56,226 bases of DNA. Origin: a virus. Its lineage: Duplodnaviria; Caudoviricetes. Below the pieces are notes generated by a model, which made no database searches, had not been told where the DNA came from, and saw nothing but the letters and a program-made list of their open reading frames with translations. Positions 23,648 to 31,898 of this stretch are shown piece after piece (the stretch's first letter is position 1; the number at the start of each line of letters is the position of its first letter). The DNA is taken from the IMG/VR virus record IMGVR_UViG_3300037424_002033, positions 1-56,226 of that record; one strand, written 5' to 3'. The translations under genes were made by a program, and so were the position numbers.

Positions 23648-24942
23648 TTGCGCCTCGCGATGAAGAGCATGATCGGCGTCGTCGCGCGATCGACGAGCGG
23701 CCCGATCTCGCCGCCCCACTTCTGGCCAAACACTGTGACGTCCGATGCGATCCCCAGAGACAGAGAATCGAGCATCGAGTGCTTGTGGTGCGGGTTGAAC
23801 CCGGCGGGCTCCAAGTACGGCACCGACCCGATCACGATCGGTGCCCTCTTCAGGAGCCTCGCGAGCGTCTCGGCGGGTGGCGCGTCGAGATGCTCGATCA
23901 CCTCGAAGGCGACGATCGCGTTGATCACGTCGGCGACGGCGAAGTCGATCACCTCGAACGGTGCATCGGTCGGAGTCTTTGGCGGCTGTGAGAGATCGAA
24001 CGTGGTTAGCCGACCGCGAAGATTGGAGTGCTCGCGGCCGTACGCGATGGCCTCGAGATCGGGGTCGCAGCCACAAGCGTCGAACCCGGTGGTCCGCAAG
24101 AGATCGGTGCCGTGGCCGGTGCCGCACCCGTAGTCGAGCACACGGAAGTCCGCGCGGTCGATCTGCTTTCCGCCAGCTTCGCGCTGCGCGGCAGCGAGCA
24201 CGTCGGAGGCCCAGCGGTAGCGTGCGCGGTGCATGTGACCATCGGGCGTGTCTTCGTCGCCGAGGATGCGAAGCCCGGCCTTGGTGACCGCGGCGGTCGG
24301 CGTCCACGGGTTGAAGGCGAAGGTGCGGGTCTTCGCGAACGCCTTGTTCACGATGACCTCGCCGATGTGGCCGATGTCGAGGGAGGTATCAACCTTGATC
24401 GAGTAGCCCGCCGCGCGGGCTCTCTCGCAGAAAGAGACGTCTTCGCCGCCGCCGGTGTTCCGGAACGGGTTCGGGCCGAGCTTCTCGAAGACCTCTCGCT
24501 TGACGAGGAGGAACGCGGCGCCGGTCGCATCGACCTCCATGATCGGTGAGCCACCCGCCTCGACCTCCGACTCCCAATCGTAGACGTAGCCGTAGCCGCG
24601 CGCCGGCACGCCCGGCGGCCACTTCCGCATGAGGATCGGCATGTACGGGTGGCGGCGGTTGTGGCAGAGCCCGCCGACGATCGGAAGGTCTCGATCGAGG
24701 AGCCGCTCGGCGGCATCTCTCTCGAAAACCATGTCGTCGTCGATCCAGAGGAGGTGCGTGACGTGGGGATCGAGCGTGAGCGCCCCCGCCACGATCATGT
24801 TCCGGGCATCCTCGACGGTGTAGCCGCGCGGGTCGAGGAGATGGTACGGGCGCGGCAGCGAGATGTCGCGGATGCTCTGCCACGTCGCGGCGTACAGCAT
24901 GTCACGGAGCGGAACGCAGATACAGACGCACGGCTGAGTCAT
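23644..24942 (-). CDS. Glycosyltransferase (GT-A / GT2-like) fused to a SAM methyltransferase
   Basis: LLWIDDDM, TGAAFLLV, GEDVSFC; then HRARY..A, LDYGCGTG, FEVIEH. Confidence 0.85.
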   Translation of the reverse strand: MTQPCVCICVPLRDMLYAATWQSIRDISLPRPYHLLDPRGYTVEDARNMIVAGALTLDPHVTHLLWIDDDMVFERDAAERLLDRDLPIVGGLCHNRRHPYMPILMRKWPPGVPARGYGYVYDWESEVEAGGSPIMEVDATGAAFLLVKREVFEKLGPNPFRNTGGGEDVSFCERARAAGYSIKVDTSLDIGHIGEVIVNKAFAKTRTFAFNPWTPTAAVTKAGLRILGDEDTPDGHMHRARYRWASDVLAAAQREAGGKQIDRADFRVLDYGCGTGHGTDLLRTTGFDACGCDPDLEAIAYGREHSNLRGRLTTFDLSQPPKTPTDAPFEVIDFAVADVINAIVAFEVIEHLDAPPAETLARLLKRAPIVIGSVPYLEPAGFNPHHKHSMLDSLSLGIASDVTVFGQKWGGEIGPLVDRATTPIMLFIARRK

Positions 24943-24976
24943 TGTGTTCTCCCCCTGGAAAAAGGCGCGCAGCGCC

Positions 24977-25231
24977 CTAGATCATCACGACGGCAACGAC
25001 GCCGGCCTTGATCGGTAGCTGGTACGTCTTCGCGATGGCGAGCCACCGCATGTCTTCACCGCAGCCGGCGGCATCCTCTTCGAGCAGATCGCGGGCCTCG
25101 ACGATGCTCTCGGCGATGACGACCGCCATGCACCCGCGATAGGTCAGGGCTTCGCCGTCGGTGGTGGTGAGGTGGTAGAAGCGATCGTTCGGGACGACGA
25201 ACTTGAACACCCGGCGCGCGTCAGGAATCAT
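24977..25231 (-). CDS. Hypothetical protein
   Basis: ATGA-coupled to the upstream RHH-like gene. Confidence 0.6.
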   Translation of the reverse strand: MIPDARRVFKFVVPNDRFYHLTTTDGEALTYRGCMAVVIAESIVEARDLLEEDAAGCGEDMRWLAIAKTYQLPIKAGVVAVVMI

Positions 25232-25410
25232 CGGAGCACCTTCTTCTCGCGGAGAGCTTCGTGAACGAGCCGGCGGAGTCGCGGCTGCCACTCGAACTCG
25301 CCAGCGTCGAGAGCGGCACGCTTCAGCGCCTCGACGTCTTCGGTGTAGAGCCGGAGGTTCACGCCCGTGAACTTCTCGGGCTCGACGGGGGGCTTCTTCG
25401 GACGGGCCAT
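25228..25410 (-). CDS. Ribbon-helix-helix-like small regulator
   Basis: MARPKK...VNLRL...VEALK..A...WQPRLRRLV..AL (BrnA/CopG-like pattern). Confidence 0.6.
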   Translation of the reverse strand: MARPKKPPVEPEKFTGVNLRLYTEDVEALKRAALDAGEFEWQPRLRRLVHEALREKKVLR

Positions 25411-25450
25411 TGCTCAGCAACTTCTCACAACTCAGCAACCCCGAGCAACC
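25411..25450 (-). repeat. Short direct repeats (GTTGCTGAG-like) in front of the RHH-like gene
   Basis: CTCAGCAAC x2, CCGAGCAAC and CTCACAAC on the + strand. Confidence 0.6.
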
Positions 25451-25530
25451 TCCCAGACGGGCCCGGCTGGGCTAGGCTCCTCCTCACCCCCAGGCGGCGC
25501 ACCGCCCTACGGCAGCACAGGAGAAAGACC

Positions 25531-25761
25531 ATGACCTACGCCACGCAGATCCGAGTCGCCGTCCCCATCGCCGGCACCGCCATCGCCCACGGGCTCGGGG
25601 CCACCCCGGCCATCTTCAACTGGGCCCCCGAGGATGCCGCCGCTGCGACGGCGATCTTCTTCTCGGCCGTCCCCGCAGACGTGACGAACCTCAACCTCAC
25701 CGCGTCGGTCACCGGCACCGGCACGGTCTCGGCGTCGCTGCCGCACTCCATCTTCCGGTAA
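25531..25761 (+). CDS. Small beta-rich structural-like protein (HGLG.TP motif)
   Basis: AGGAG SD; strong codon bias; followed by hairpin GCGCCGGC-TCT-GCCGGCGC. Confidence 0.75.
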   Translation: MTYATQIRVAVPIAGTAIAHGLGATPAIFNWAPEDAAAATAIFFSAVPADVTNLNLTASVTGTGTVSASLPHSIFR

Positions 25762-25853
25762 GCGCCGGCTCTGCCGGCGCCTTGCGGGGGCCCCAACGCT
25801 CCGGGCGTTCCAGGGGCCCCTGCTCTTTTTCTCCGCTAGCGCGGGCGCTCGTT

Positions 25854-26123
25854 TCAGCGCGTGAGCAGGATCGCGACCGTAGTCGCGAACGCTCCGCCGA
25901 CGAGGATCCCAACCGCGAATGCAGTCGAGACCACCGACGCCCGCTCACCCCGGGCGTCGTGGACGCCGGCCTTGTAGCCGTCGCTCCACACGTCGGTTGC
26001 CTCGTACCGCCGCGCAATCGCCGCCGTGTCGAGCATCGTGTTGCGGTCGAGGAGGAGTTGATCCTCGTACCCCGGCGAATCCACCCGGCGGCTATCAGCA
26101 TCCATCGCATCGCGGAAGCTCAT
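25854..26123 (-). CDS. Small membrane protein
   Basis: W..GY.AG motif plus C-terminal TM. Confidence 0.6.
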   Translation of the reverse strand: MSFRDAMDADSRRVDSPGYEDQLLLDRNTMLDTAAIARRYEATDVWSDGYKAGVHDARGERASVVSTAFAVGILVGGAFATTVAILLTR

Positions 26124-26308
26124 TAGATCCCCCAGCGGGCGAAGAGCACGCCAGCGATGAACGCGCCGATCGCCCACAGCATGTTCGAGTAGTACGCCCC
26201 GGCTCTCCGCCCCGCATCGTAGCCGCGTTGCCACGCGCCGGCTGCGCCAGCGATCAGCGTCACGTCGTGCTTCCCACCATCGTCATCGAACTCGTCACCC
26301 GTCTTCAT
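26123..26308 (-). CDS. Small membrane protein (similar to 25854-26123)
   Basis: WQRGYDAG plus C-terminal TM. Confidence 0.6.
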   Translation of the reverse strand: MKTGDEFDDDGGKHDVTLIAGAAGAWQRGYDAGRRAGAYYSNMLWAIGAFIAGVLFARWGI

Positions 26309-27288
26309 GGATCCCCCAAGGGGCCGAAGGCCCCAGCAAGCGCGTCCGCTGCCCGTTGCTTCCGTTCGTCTCCTCGCCGATCGTATCGCGCCGTGGTCGC
26401 CGGATCGGCGTGGCCCATGAGCCCCTGTACCGTGACCGGATCGATGCCGGCGTCGAAGAGAGTAGAGGCGAAGGTCCGCCGGAAGTCATGCGGCGTCACC
26501 TCGATGCCGGCCGCGTGTGCCGCCTCGGTGATCACCAGCCCCACCCCGGAGACGGAGAGCCTAGACCCGACCTTGGCGTGCCCACCCCGCCAGTGTCGGG
26601 GGAAGAGCGGTCCCGGAGCCCGGCCGCGCTCGTCGAGCCAAGTCTCGATGCGCGCGAGCGCGACGTCGGGCAGGAAGACCTCGCGGTACTTCCTCCCCTT
26701 GCCCTTGCGCACGATGACCTTCGCGCCGTAGAGGTCGGCGAGGTCGAGCCGGACAAGCTCGACGCGGCGCAGCCCAGCGTAGAGCGCGAGCGCGAGCAGG
26801 GCACCATCGCGCGTTCCAGAGGTCACGGCGATCGGCGAGCAGGTGGTGAAGAGCCGCGCGATCTCCTCGCGGCTCAGCATCCGGCCGGCGGGCACGCCGT
26901 CGCCAGCGATCGGGTCCACGTCCACCGCGCGCTCGAAGGCGTCGCGATCAATCCTGCCGAGCTTCCACGCCGTGCGCAGCACGCCGCGGACCGCGGTGAG
27001 GTAGAGCCGGGCGGTGGCCGGAGCGTACGTTGCCACGAGCTTCGCGCGGATCGCCTCGACGTGCTCGAAGTGAAGCCCCTCCCAGGGGAAGACGCGGACG
27101 GCAGCGGTCGCCGCGTCAGGGTTGTCGGCCGGCGCCGCCCCGAGGAGCACGACCACCGCGCGCAGCGCCGGCAGCATCGCCGCGTGGCCGAGCAAGTAGA
27201 CCTCGACGGCGGCCGGCGCCGGCCCCTCGCGGCGGAGGTCAAGCGCCGTGGTCGGCTGCGCCGGCCGCTTTGCAAGCAGCTTGCTCAA
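26305..27288 (-). CDS. Tyrosine recombinase (integrase or Xer-like resolvase)
   Basis: GLRR, KGKG, HDFRR, MGH, TARYD catalytic motifs; probable TTG start overlapping the upstream stop. Confidence 0.93.
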   Translation of the reverse strand: MSKLLAKRPAQPTTALDLRREGPAPAAVEVYLLGHAAMLPALRAVVVLLGAAPADNPDAATAAVRVFPWEGLHFEHVEAIRAKLVATYAPATARLYLTAVRGVLRTAWKLGRIDRDAFERAVDVDPIAGDGVPAGRMLSREEIARLFTTCSPIAVTSGTRDGALLALALYAGLRRVELVRLDLADLYGAKVIVRKGKGRKYREVFLPDVALARIETWLDERGRAPGPLFPRHWRGGHAKVGSRLSVSGVGLVITEAAHAAGIEVTPHDFRRTFASTLFDAGIDPVTVQGLMGHADPATTARYDRRGDERKQRAADALAGAFGPLGDP

Positions 27289-27662
27289 AACTTGCCCCGC
27301 ATCGACCATCCCATCGTGCGAACGTTGCCCGTGGCGACGGCGACCTCGAACCCAATCGTCACTGTCTGGAAGATCCGCCGGTACGGGTTCGGGAGCAGCC
27401 GAGCCGTCACAGCGTGAGTGACGATGCAAGTGATCGCGTAGGTCGTCAGTCTCGCTGGGCTGGGATGCTCGCCGAGGATCACGTTCGTCTCTGAGAACCC
27501 TCGGTGGTAAAGCATCTCCCGGGTGGTGAAGTAGTCTGCTCCGATCGCCAGGATGAAAGCTCCTTCGACGGCCGTGTCGATCTTCGTCCACTCGTCTGCC
27601 TGCGCGGCGGCCGGCGCGAAGAGCGCGAGCACGAGGAGGATCTTCGTCGTCTTCATGGTCAT
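27285..27662 (-). CDS. Secreted or membrane protein
   Basis: Signal peptide; D..TT...GF.E.N..LG pattern. Confidence 0.7.
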   Translation of the reverse strand: MTMKTTKILLVLALFAPAAAQADEWTKIDTAVEGAFILAIGADYFTTREMLYHRGFSETNVILGEHPSPARLTTYAITCIVTHAVTARLLPNPYRRIFQTVTIGFEVAVATGNVRTMGWSMRGKF

Positions 27663-27803
27663 GCCCCCTTCTTCGAGTGGTCGGCGGCGCGTTCGAGCGC
27701 CGCGAGTGATCGCTGCGCGGTGCGCAGCCGGGTGGTGAGCTTCTTCTCTCGCACCATTACAGGCGCGGATCGCCGCCTCGATTCGCGTGATCTAGGTGGA
27801 GCG

Positions 27804-27832
27804 AGTATGCCCGAACACTCGACACAAGGCAA
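27804..27832 (-). promoter_or_regulatory. Sigma70-like promoter for the recombinase operon
   Basis: TTGCCT, 17 nt spacer, CATACT. Confidence 0.5.
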
Positions 27833-27836
27833 GTTA

Positions 27837-27877
27837 AAGTCAGTGATATTGGAGTTTCCTAGTAATATCAACGACTT
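27837..27877. repeat. AT-rich inverted repeat; candidate recombinase binding or resolution site
   Basis: AAGTCAGTGATATT, 13 bp spacer, AATATCAACGACTT (12/14 complementary). Confidence 0.6.
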
Positions 27878-27880
27878 AGG

Positions 27881-28180
27881 TCACTTCCGGGCCTTGGAGC
27901 CCTTTCGGCCCCCTGGCGAGCCCCTCCGCGGCCGGCGCCGAGCCGCCGCCTCCGCCCGAGACCGGCACCACCGGCACCCCCGCGCTCCGCAGAACGTCGA
28001 GGTCACGTCGGCCCGCTCGGCGTCGCTGAGAGCCCAGGCGGCTTGCAGGAGCGCGAGCCGGGCCTGCCCTACCCAGCCGCGCCGGTGTGGCCCGCCGGCT
28101 CGCTGGAAGGCGCCGCCCGGCTTCGAGGCGTAGGCGTAGGCCCTGGCCGCGTCGAGCACCGCCTTCTCTGCGGGGGTCAT
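27881..28180 (-). CDS. Basic hypothetical protein with Cys cluster
   Basis: C...GC.WC. Confidence 0.55.
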   Translation of the reverse strand: MTPAEKAVLDAARAYAYASKPGGAFQRAGGPHRRGWVGQARLALLQAAWALSDAERADVTSTFCGARGCRWCRSRAEAAARRRPRRGSPGGRKGSKARK

Positions 28181-28705
28181 CTAGTCTACCCCCGAGGCGG
28201 CGAGGGTGACCGGCACCTCTTCGACGGTCAGGCCCAGCCGTCGAGCCCGCTCCACCGTGGCCCGGGTGCCCCCGGCCACGCCCGGTGCGAGGAAGGCGAC
28301 CACGGCTGGATCCTCCACAGCATCGCGGCCGACCGCCTCGACGAGCATCCGGGCGTTGCGCGCGTGGAAGCTCGACGGCTGTGAAAGATCGCCGCGAAGC
28401 TCGATGACCTCGTCGGCGAAGGTCTCGATCGCATAGCATGCTGCCATCGGTTGCTCCACCGTGCGCCCGGGAACGATGACGACGCGCCGTGGCTTCAAGT
28501 CGTGGCGTGGTAGGACGCCCGCGGCGCAGAGCGCGATCGTGTCCACGCCCCGGGCGCCGCCGAAGATGATGCCGGCCGGCAGCGCCGCGACGATCTCCGC
28601 CAGCTTCTTGCGCACGGTGAGCCGCCCGGCGTCGTCGGGATCGCGTACGCCCGTCACGACGACCCACCGCTTCGCGTAGAACACCGCATCGACGATCTTG
28701 CTCAT
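28181..28705 (-). CDS. SLOG superfamily protein (YspA/DprA-like)
   Basis: VVTG.R, GGARGVD, RNARM, AF....GGT...V..A...G. Confidence 0.8.
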   Translation of the reverse strand: MSKIVDAVFYAKRWVVVTGVRDPDDAGRLTVRKKLAEIVAALPAGIIFGGARGVDTIALCAAGVLPRHDLKPRRVVIVPGRTVEQPMAACYAIETFADEVIELRGDLSQPSSFHARNARMLVEAVGRDAVEDPAVVAFLAPGVAGGTRATVERARRLGLTVEEVPVTLAASGVD

Positions 28706-28932
28706 GGCTTCCCCCTCGACTTCCGCCCTCGGACCCTAGGGTCCGAGGGGGTGATCCGCCCTTCGGCGAGCACCGCGTCCACGCAGGCGGCGCAGCGCGG
28801 GAAGTCCCCCACGATCTTCGCCCGGGGGGAGAGCACCACGCCGCAGAGCGCCCGGCCCCGCTTGAAGGCGAGCCGGGCGTGTGAGAGCGGGCGCCCCAGC
28901 GTCGCATCCCACCACCACCTGATCGGCTTCAT
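28702..28932 (-). CDS. Small Zn-finger-like protein
   Basis: H...ALCG...RCAAC. Confidence 0.55.
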   Translation of the reverse strand: MKPIRWWWDATLGRPLSHARLAFKRGRALCGVVLSPRAKIVGDFPRCAACVDAVLAEGRITPSDPRVRGRKSRGKP

Positions 28933-29168
28933 GGCTTCACCCCCCACATCGTAGTCCGCTCGTCGTCGGAGAGGTCGGGTAGGCTCGCGACGTAGGCGGC
29001 TTTCGTGCGCCACCGACGTCCGCAGACGAGGCAGACCACCGCGCTCCACCTCGACGCCGTGCGATGGTAGCCGTTGAAGGCTGAGTGATTGCACTCGCGC
29101 TGCGCCACGCGCCAGATCCCCGGAATGTTTCGGGGCGGCGAGCAGGTACACATCGTTCCCCCACTCAT
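28929..29168 (-). CDS. Small Cys-rich protein
   Basis: CNHSAFNGY...S.V.C..CG..WRTKA.YV. Confidence 0.65.
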   Translation of the reverse strand: MSGGTMCTCSPPRNIPGIWRVAQRECNHSAFNGYHRTASRWSAVVCLVCGRRWRTKAAYVASLPDLSDDERTTMWGVKP

Positions 29169-29299
29169 CGCCGCCTCCTTCGCCGCTGCCTGCGCTTGCC
29201 GCGCCCGACGTCTTCGAGCCCTTCGTTGTCGTCGTCGCCGTCGGGGATCTGGTAGTCCCAGACGGCGGCTCCGCAGTCACCCCGCGCGCTCGTCTTCAC
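29165..29299 (-). CDS. 44-aa peptide, acidic with an Arg tail (not in the ORF track)
   Basis: GTG start coupled on both sides; VKTSARGDCGAAVWDYQIPDGDDDNEGLEDVGRGKRRQRRRRRR. Confidence 0.5.
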   Translation of the reverse strand: MKTSARGDCGAAVWDYQIPDGDDDNEGLEDVGRGKRRQRRRRRR

Positions 29300-29793
29300 G
29301 CTGCCCTCCTCGCCGCTTCGGCATCAGCGTAGGAGATCGCAGCACTGATCCTCCCGTGAGAGAGCCCGGAATCGGTCCGCCACCACGCGAGGTCGGCGAT
29401 CACCGCCGCCTCGTCGGCGAAGTGCGTCACGCGCCAACGATCCTCGAAGCTCACCGCATCGAGGTCGAAGAACACGCCGTGCTCCTCCGGCACGCCGACG
29501 CAGACGAGCGGGATCCCGGCGCCGATCGCGGCCCCGGCCTCGATCAGCCCCCCCTGTAGCTTCGGGTGCCAGAGGAGGATCACGGCATCGGCGCGCAGCA
29601 CGCCGCCTACGTCGTCCATCGCGGAGGTGGCTCGGTACAGCATCCGCTCGTCGCCCTCGATCCCGGTGTCGTCGCAGGCGGTCCAGTCGAAGGTGATCCG
29701 GCCACCGATCTTGCGAAGCTCGCGCATGAGTGCGCGCACCCGTTCCTTCTCCTCGAACTTTGCGGCGACGTAGAACTCGAACGTGGCGATCAC
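29296..29793 (-). CDS. Nucleoside 2-deoxyribosyltransferase-like protein
   Basis: FYVAA...D..GV..ADAVI...GG.IE.G.A...GIP. Confidence 0.8.
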   Translation of the reverse strand: MIATFEFYVAAKFEEKERVRALMRELRKIGGRITFDWTACDDTGIEGDERMLYRATSAMDDVGGVLRADAVILLWHPKLQGGLIEAGAAIGAGIPLVCVGVPEEHGVFFDLDAVSFEDRWRVTHFADEAAVIADLAWWRTDSGLSHGRISAAISYADAEAARRAA

Positions 29794-30005
29794 GGCTTGC
29801 TCCTCTCGAAGAGCCTGGCAGGTGGGACTTCGAGGGCCATGGCGAGCGCCTCGATCACTTCCAGCGACGGGTTGCGCCGGGCTCCTTCGAGCGAGGCGAT
29901 GTAGCCCACGGAGAGGCCCGCCGACTCGGCAAGCTCCGCCTGGGTCGCCTTCAAGCGGAGCCGCTCTCGGGTGAGGGCGATGGAGAACACTTCACGGAGC
30001 GTCAT
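29790..30005 (-). CDS. XRE-family HTH regulator
   Basis: TQAELAESAGLS..YIA.LE...RNPSL...LA.AL.V. Confidence 0.9.
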   Translation of the reverse strand: MTLREVFSIALTRERLRLKATQAELAESAGLSVGYIASLEGARRNPSLEVIEALAMALEVPPARLFERSKP

Positions 30006-30418
30006 GACTTCTTCTCTTCGGCTTTGATCTCCGCGTCGCACTCGGTGAACCCAGCGGCGACGAAGTCGATCGCGGCGTGGAAGTCGGAGACGAACTGTGC
30101 CCGGTGTGGCTCCGCGACGTCCGTCATCATCGCGTCGTTGACGCTCTTCAGGTAGCCGGCGAGCATCACCGAGGTGAGTGCCTTGCCCAGCTTCTTCGAC
30201 TCTTCCGCAGCGAGGTCGCCGAACCGCTCGACGGCCGCCGTGCAGTCCGAGATGATCGACTCGGGTGAGACGCCGCGCTTCTCAGCGATCGCATCCACGG
30301 CCGTGCGCCAGAAGTTCAGGCCGGCGTCGTAGCCCGTGCTCTTCTCGTGGCCGCGGAAGACGAGCCGGCCGTTGCGGGTGGTCCGCGCTCGCCGCTCCGG
30401 GAATCGCTTGACGGTCAC
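30002..30418 (-). CDS. Hypothetical protein
   Basis: GTGA-coupled start. Confidence 0.6.
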   Translation of the reverse strand: MTVKRFPERRARTTRNGRLVFRGHEKSTGYDAGLNFWRTAVDAIAEKRGVSPESIISDCTAAVERFGDLAAEESKKLGKALTSVMLAGYLKSVNDAMMTDVAEPHRAQFVSDFHAAIDFVAAGFTECDAEIKAEEKKS

Positions 30419-30664
30419 GACTCCTCCTGCACGATTTTCTTCAAGGCTTCGATGTCGATCGTTTCGCCGTAGCCGCCCGGCATGTATTTGAGCAACACGC
30501 CCTCTCTGCGAAGCCGCGAGGCCCTTGAGGATGCCGATGAGGGAAAAACGCCCATTCTTGCCGCCACCACTCCAAGACTCTCGGCCCTCTGCCAAAGCCG
30601 CACGAACTCTTCCGCCGAGAGCCGATCTTTCACCCTTCGCAAGGTCACGACTCCTCCTGCACGA
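30413..30664. repeat. 22-bp direct repeat GGTCACGACTCCTCCTGCACGA at 30413-30434 and 30643-30664
   Basis: Exact match; flanks one gene. Confidence 0.9.
30415..30648 (-). CDS. Small HTH-like protein (paralog of 43758-44015)
   Basis: LS.E.FV...A...G...S.RA.R.R..GV.L...PG. Confidence 0.65.
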   Translation of the reverse strand: MTLRRVKDRLSAEEFVRLWQRAESLGVVAARMGVFPSSASSRASRLRREGVLLKYMPGGYGETIDIEALKKIVQEES

Positions 30665-31622
30665 GTTCTTCGACGGCAGCGGTCAACCGCTCCTTGTCGC
30701 TCTCTTCCTGCGACTTCACCGCGTCCATCTTCTCGTCGTCGATGATCGACCGGAAGCTCGACGTGACGATCTGTGACAGCACGTTCGGCGGAAGCGCGTC
30801 CACCTCCCACGAGGAGTTACCGAACTTCGCGATGTAGCCGGCGGCGCGCGAGTCGGTGACCTTGGCCGGGTTGGGCGGCGGGTTGTACTTCTGCACCTGC
30901 GCCATCGTCAGCGCGATCTTCTGCACGTCCACGTCGATGCCGAACATCGAGAGCCGGTCGCGCACGTCGCGCACCATGTCTTCGCCGGACGGGTCGTGGT
31001 CCCCGAGGTAGAAGAGCACCGGCCGCCGGGCAAGCTCGATCTCGTTGCCGCCGGTCGCGGCGTTGCCGTCTTCGTACGCTGTGCCGGCAAGAGTCTCGAT
31101 CTCCTTCTCATCCTCCCGAGTCATGCGGCACCGCGCGATGAACCGCTGCGACGCCTCGAACATTGCGCTCTGCGACGAGTAGCCGCGATTCACCATGAGC
31201 GTCACGTGGAACTGCCGCGCGATCGGTTCGAGCACGCCGGCAAGAGCGTCCTTCTCCACCCAAAGCTCGGCGTAGCACTCTTGCCCCTTCCACCTGGGCA
31301 GCCGGTAGGAAGCAAGCGCGGCGTCGGTCAACTCCTTCAGGTTCTCGTATTCGTTCGCCGCGCGGGGCCGCCGCACGCGATCCTCGATCGCATCCCAATC
31401 GATGAGCCCGGCGAGCCGCGCGTCGGAGATGAGCGTGCCGAGATTCTTGTACGACTTCTCCTCGTTCGTGATCGTGTTTCGCGTGACGTGCTGGTAGTAA
31501 AGCTGCCGCAGCGTCAGGCGCAGGCCCTGCGACTCGTAGTCGGCGATGATCTCGTTCGAGGCGCCGATCAGCACGCGCGCCGAGGGGCCGAAGCGCTTCT
31601 CTCGATATGCGATCTTGCTCAT
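30645..31622 (-). CDS. TOPRIM protein, Topo VI-A/Spo11-like
   Basis: TLRQLYY winged helix; LWVEKD; RGYSS; YLGDHDPSG; EVDAL. Confidence 0.85.
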   Translation of the reverse strand: MSKIAYREKRFGPSARVLIGASNEIIADYESQGLRLTLRQLYYQHVTRNTITNEEKSYKNLGTLISDARLAGLIDWDAIEDRVRRPRAANEYENLKELTDAALASYRLPRWKGQECYAELWVEKDALAGVLEPIARQFHVTLMVNRGYSSQSAMFEASQRFIARCRMTREDEKEIETLAGTAYEDGNAATGGNEIELARRPVLFYLGDHDPSGEDMVRDVRDRLSMFGIDVDVQKIALTMAQVQKYNPPPNPAKVTDSRAAGYIAKFGNSSWEVDALPPNVLSQIVTSSFRSIIDDEKMDAVKSQEESDKERLTAAVEELVQEES

Positions 31623-31834
31623 GGCGTCACGCAGGCGGCGCGGAGCCGGGCTTCGAGGTCGTCGTCACCGATGGCGATGGCGGCGCGGAGCGCCACCTTT
31701 GCGACGTGAACGGGGATCGCGAACTCGCCCTCGGCCACCCGCGCGATGTCAGAGTCGGGAACGAGCGTGGAGATCGTCGCTGCCTGGAACGGAGTGAGGT
31801 AGACGAGGAAGGGGAGGTGATCGGTGATGGTCAC
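31619..31834 (-). CDS. Hypothetical protein
   Basis: Probable GTG start after GGAG; coupled to the downstream gene. Confidence 0.5.
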   Translation of the reverse strand: MTITDHLPFLVYLTPFQAATISTLVPDSDIARVAEGEFAIPVHVAKVALRAAIAIGDDDLEARLRAACVTP

Positions 31835-31898
31835 GGTGATCTCCGGGTAGGAAGGGAGGAAGAGGGCCTCGCTGGGCCCCCTTCCCCCCAAGGGTGAG

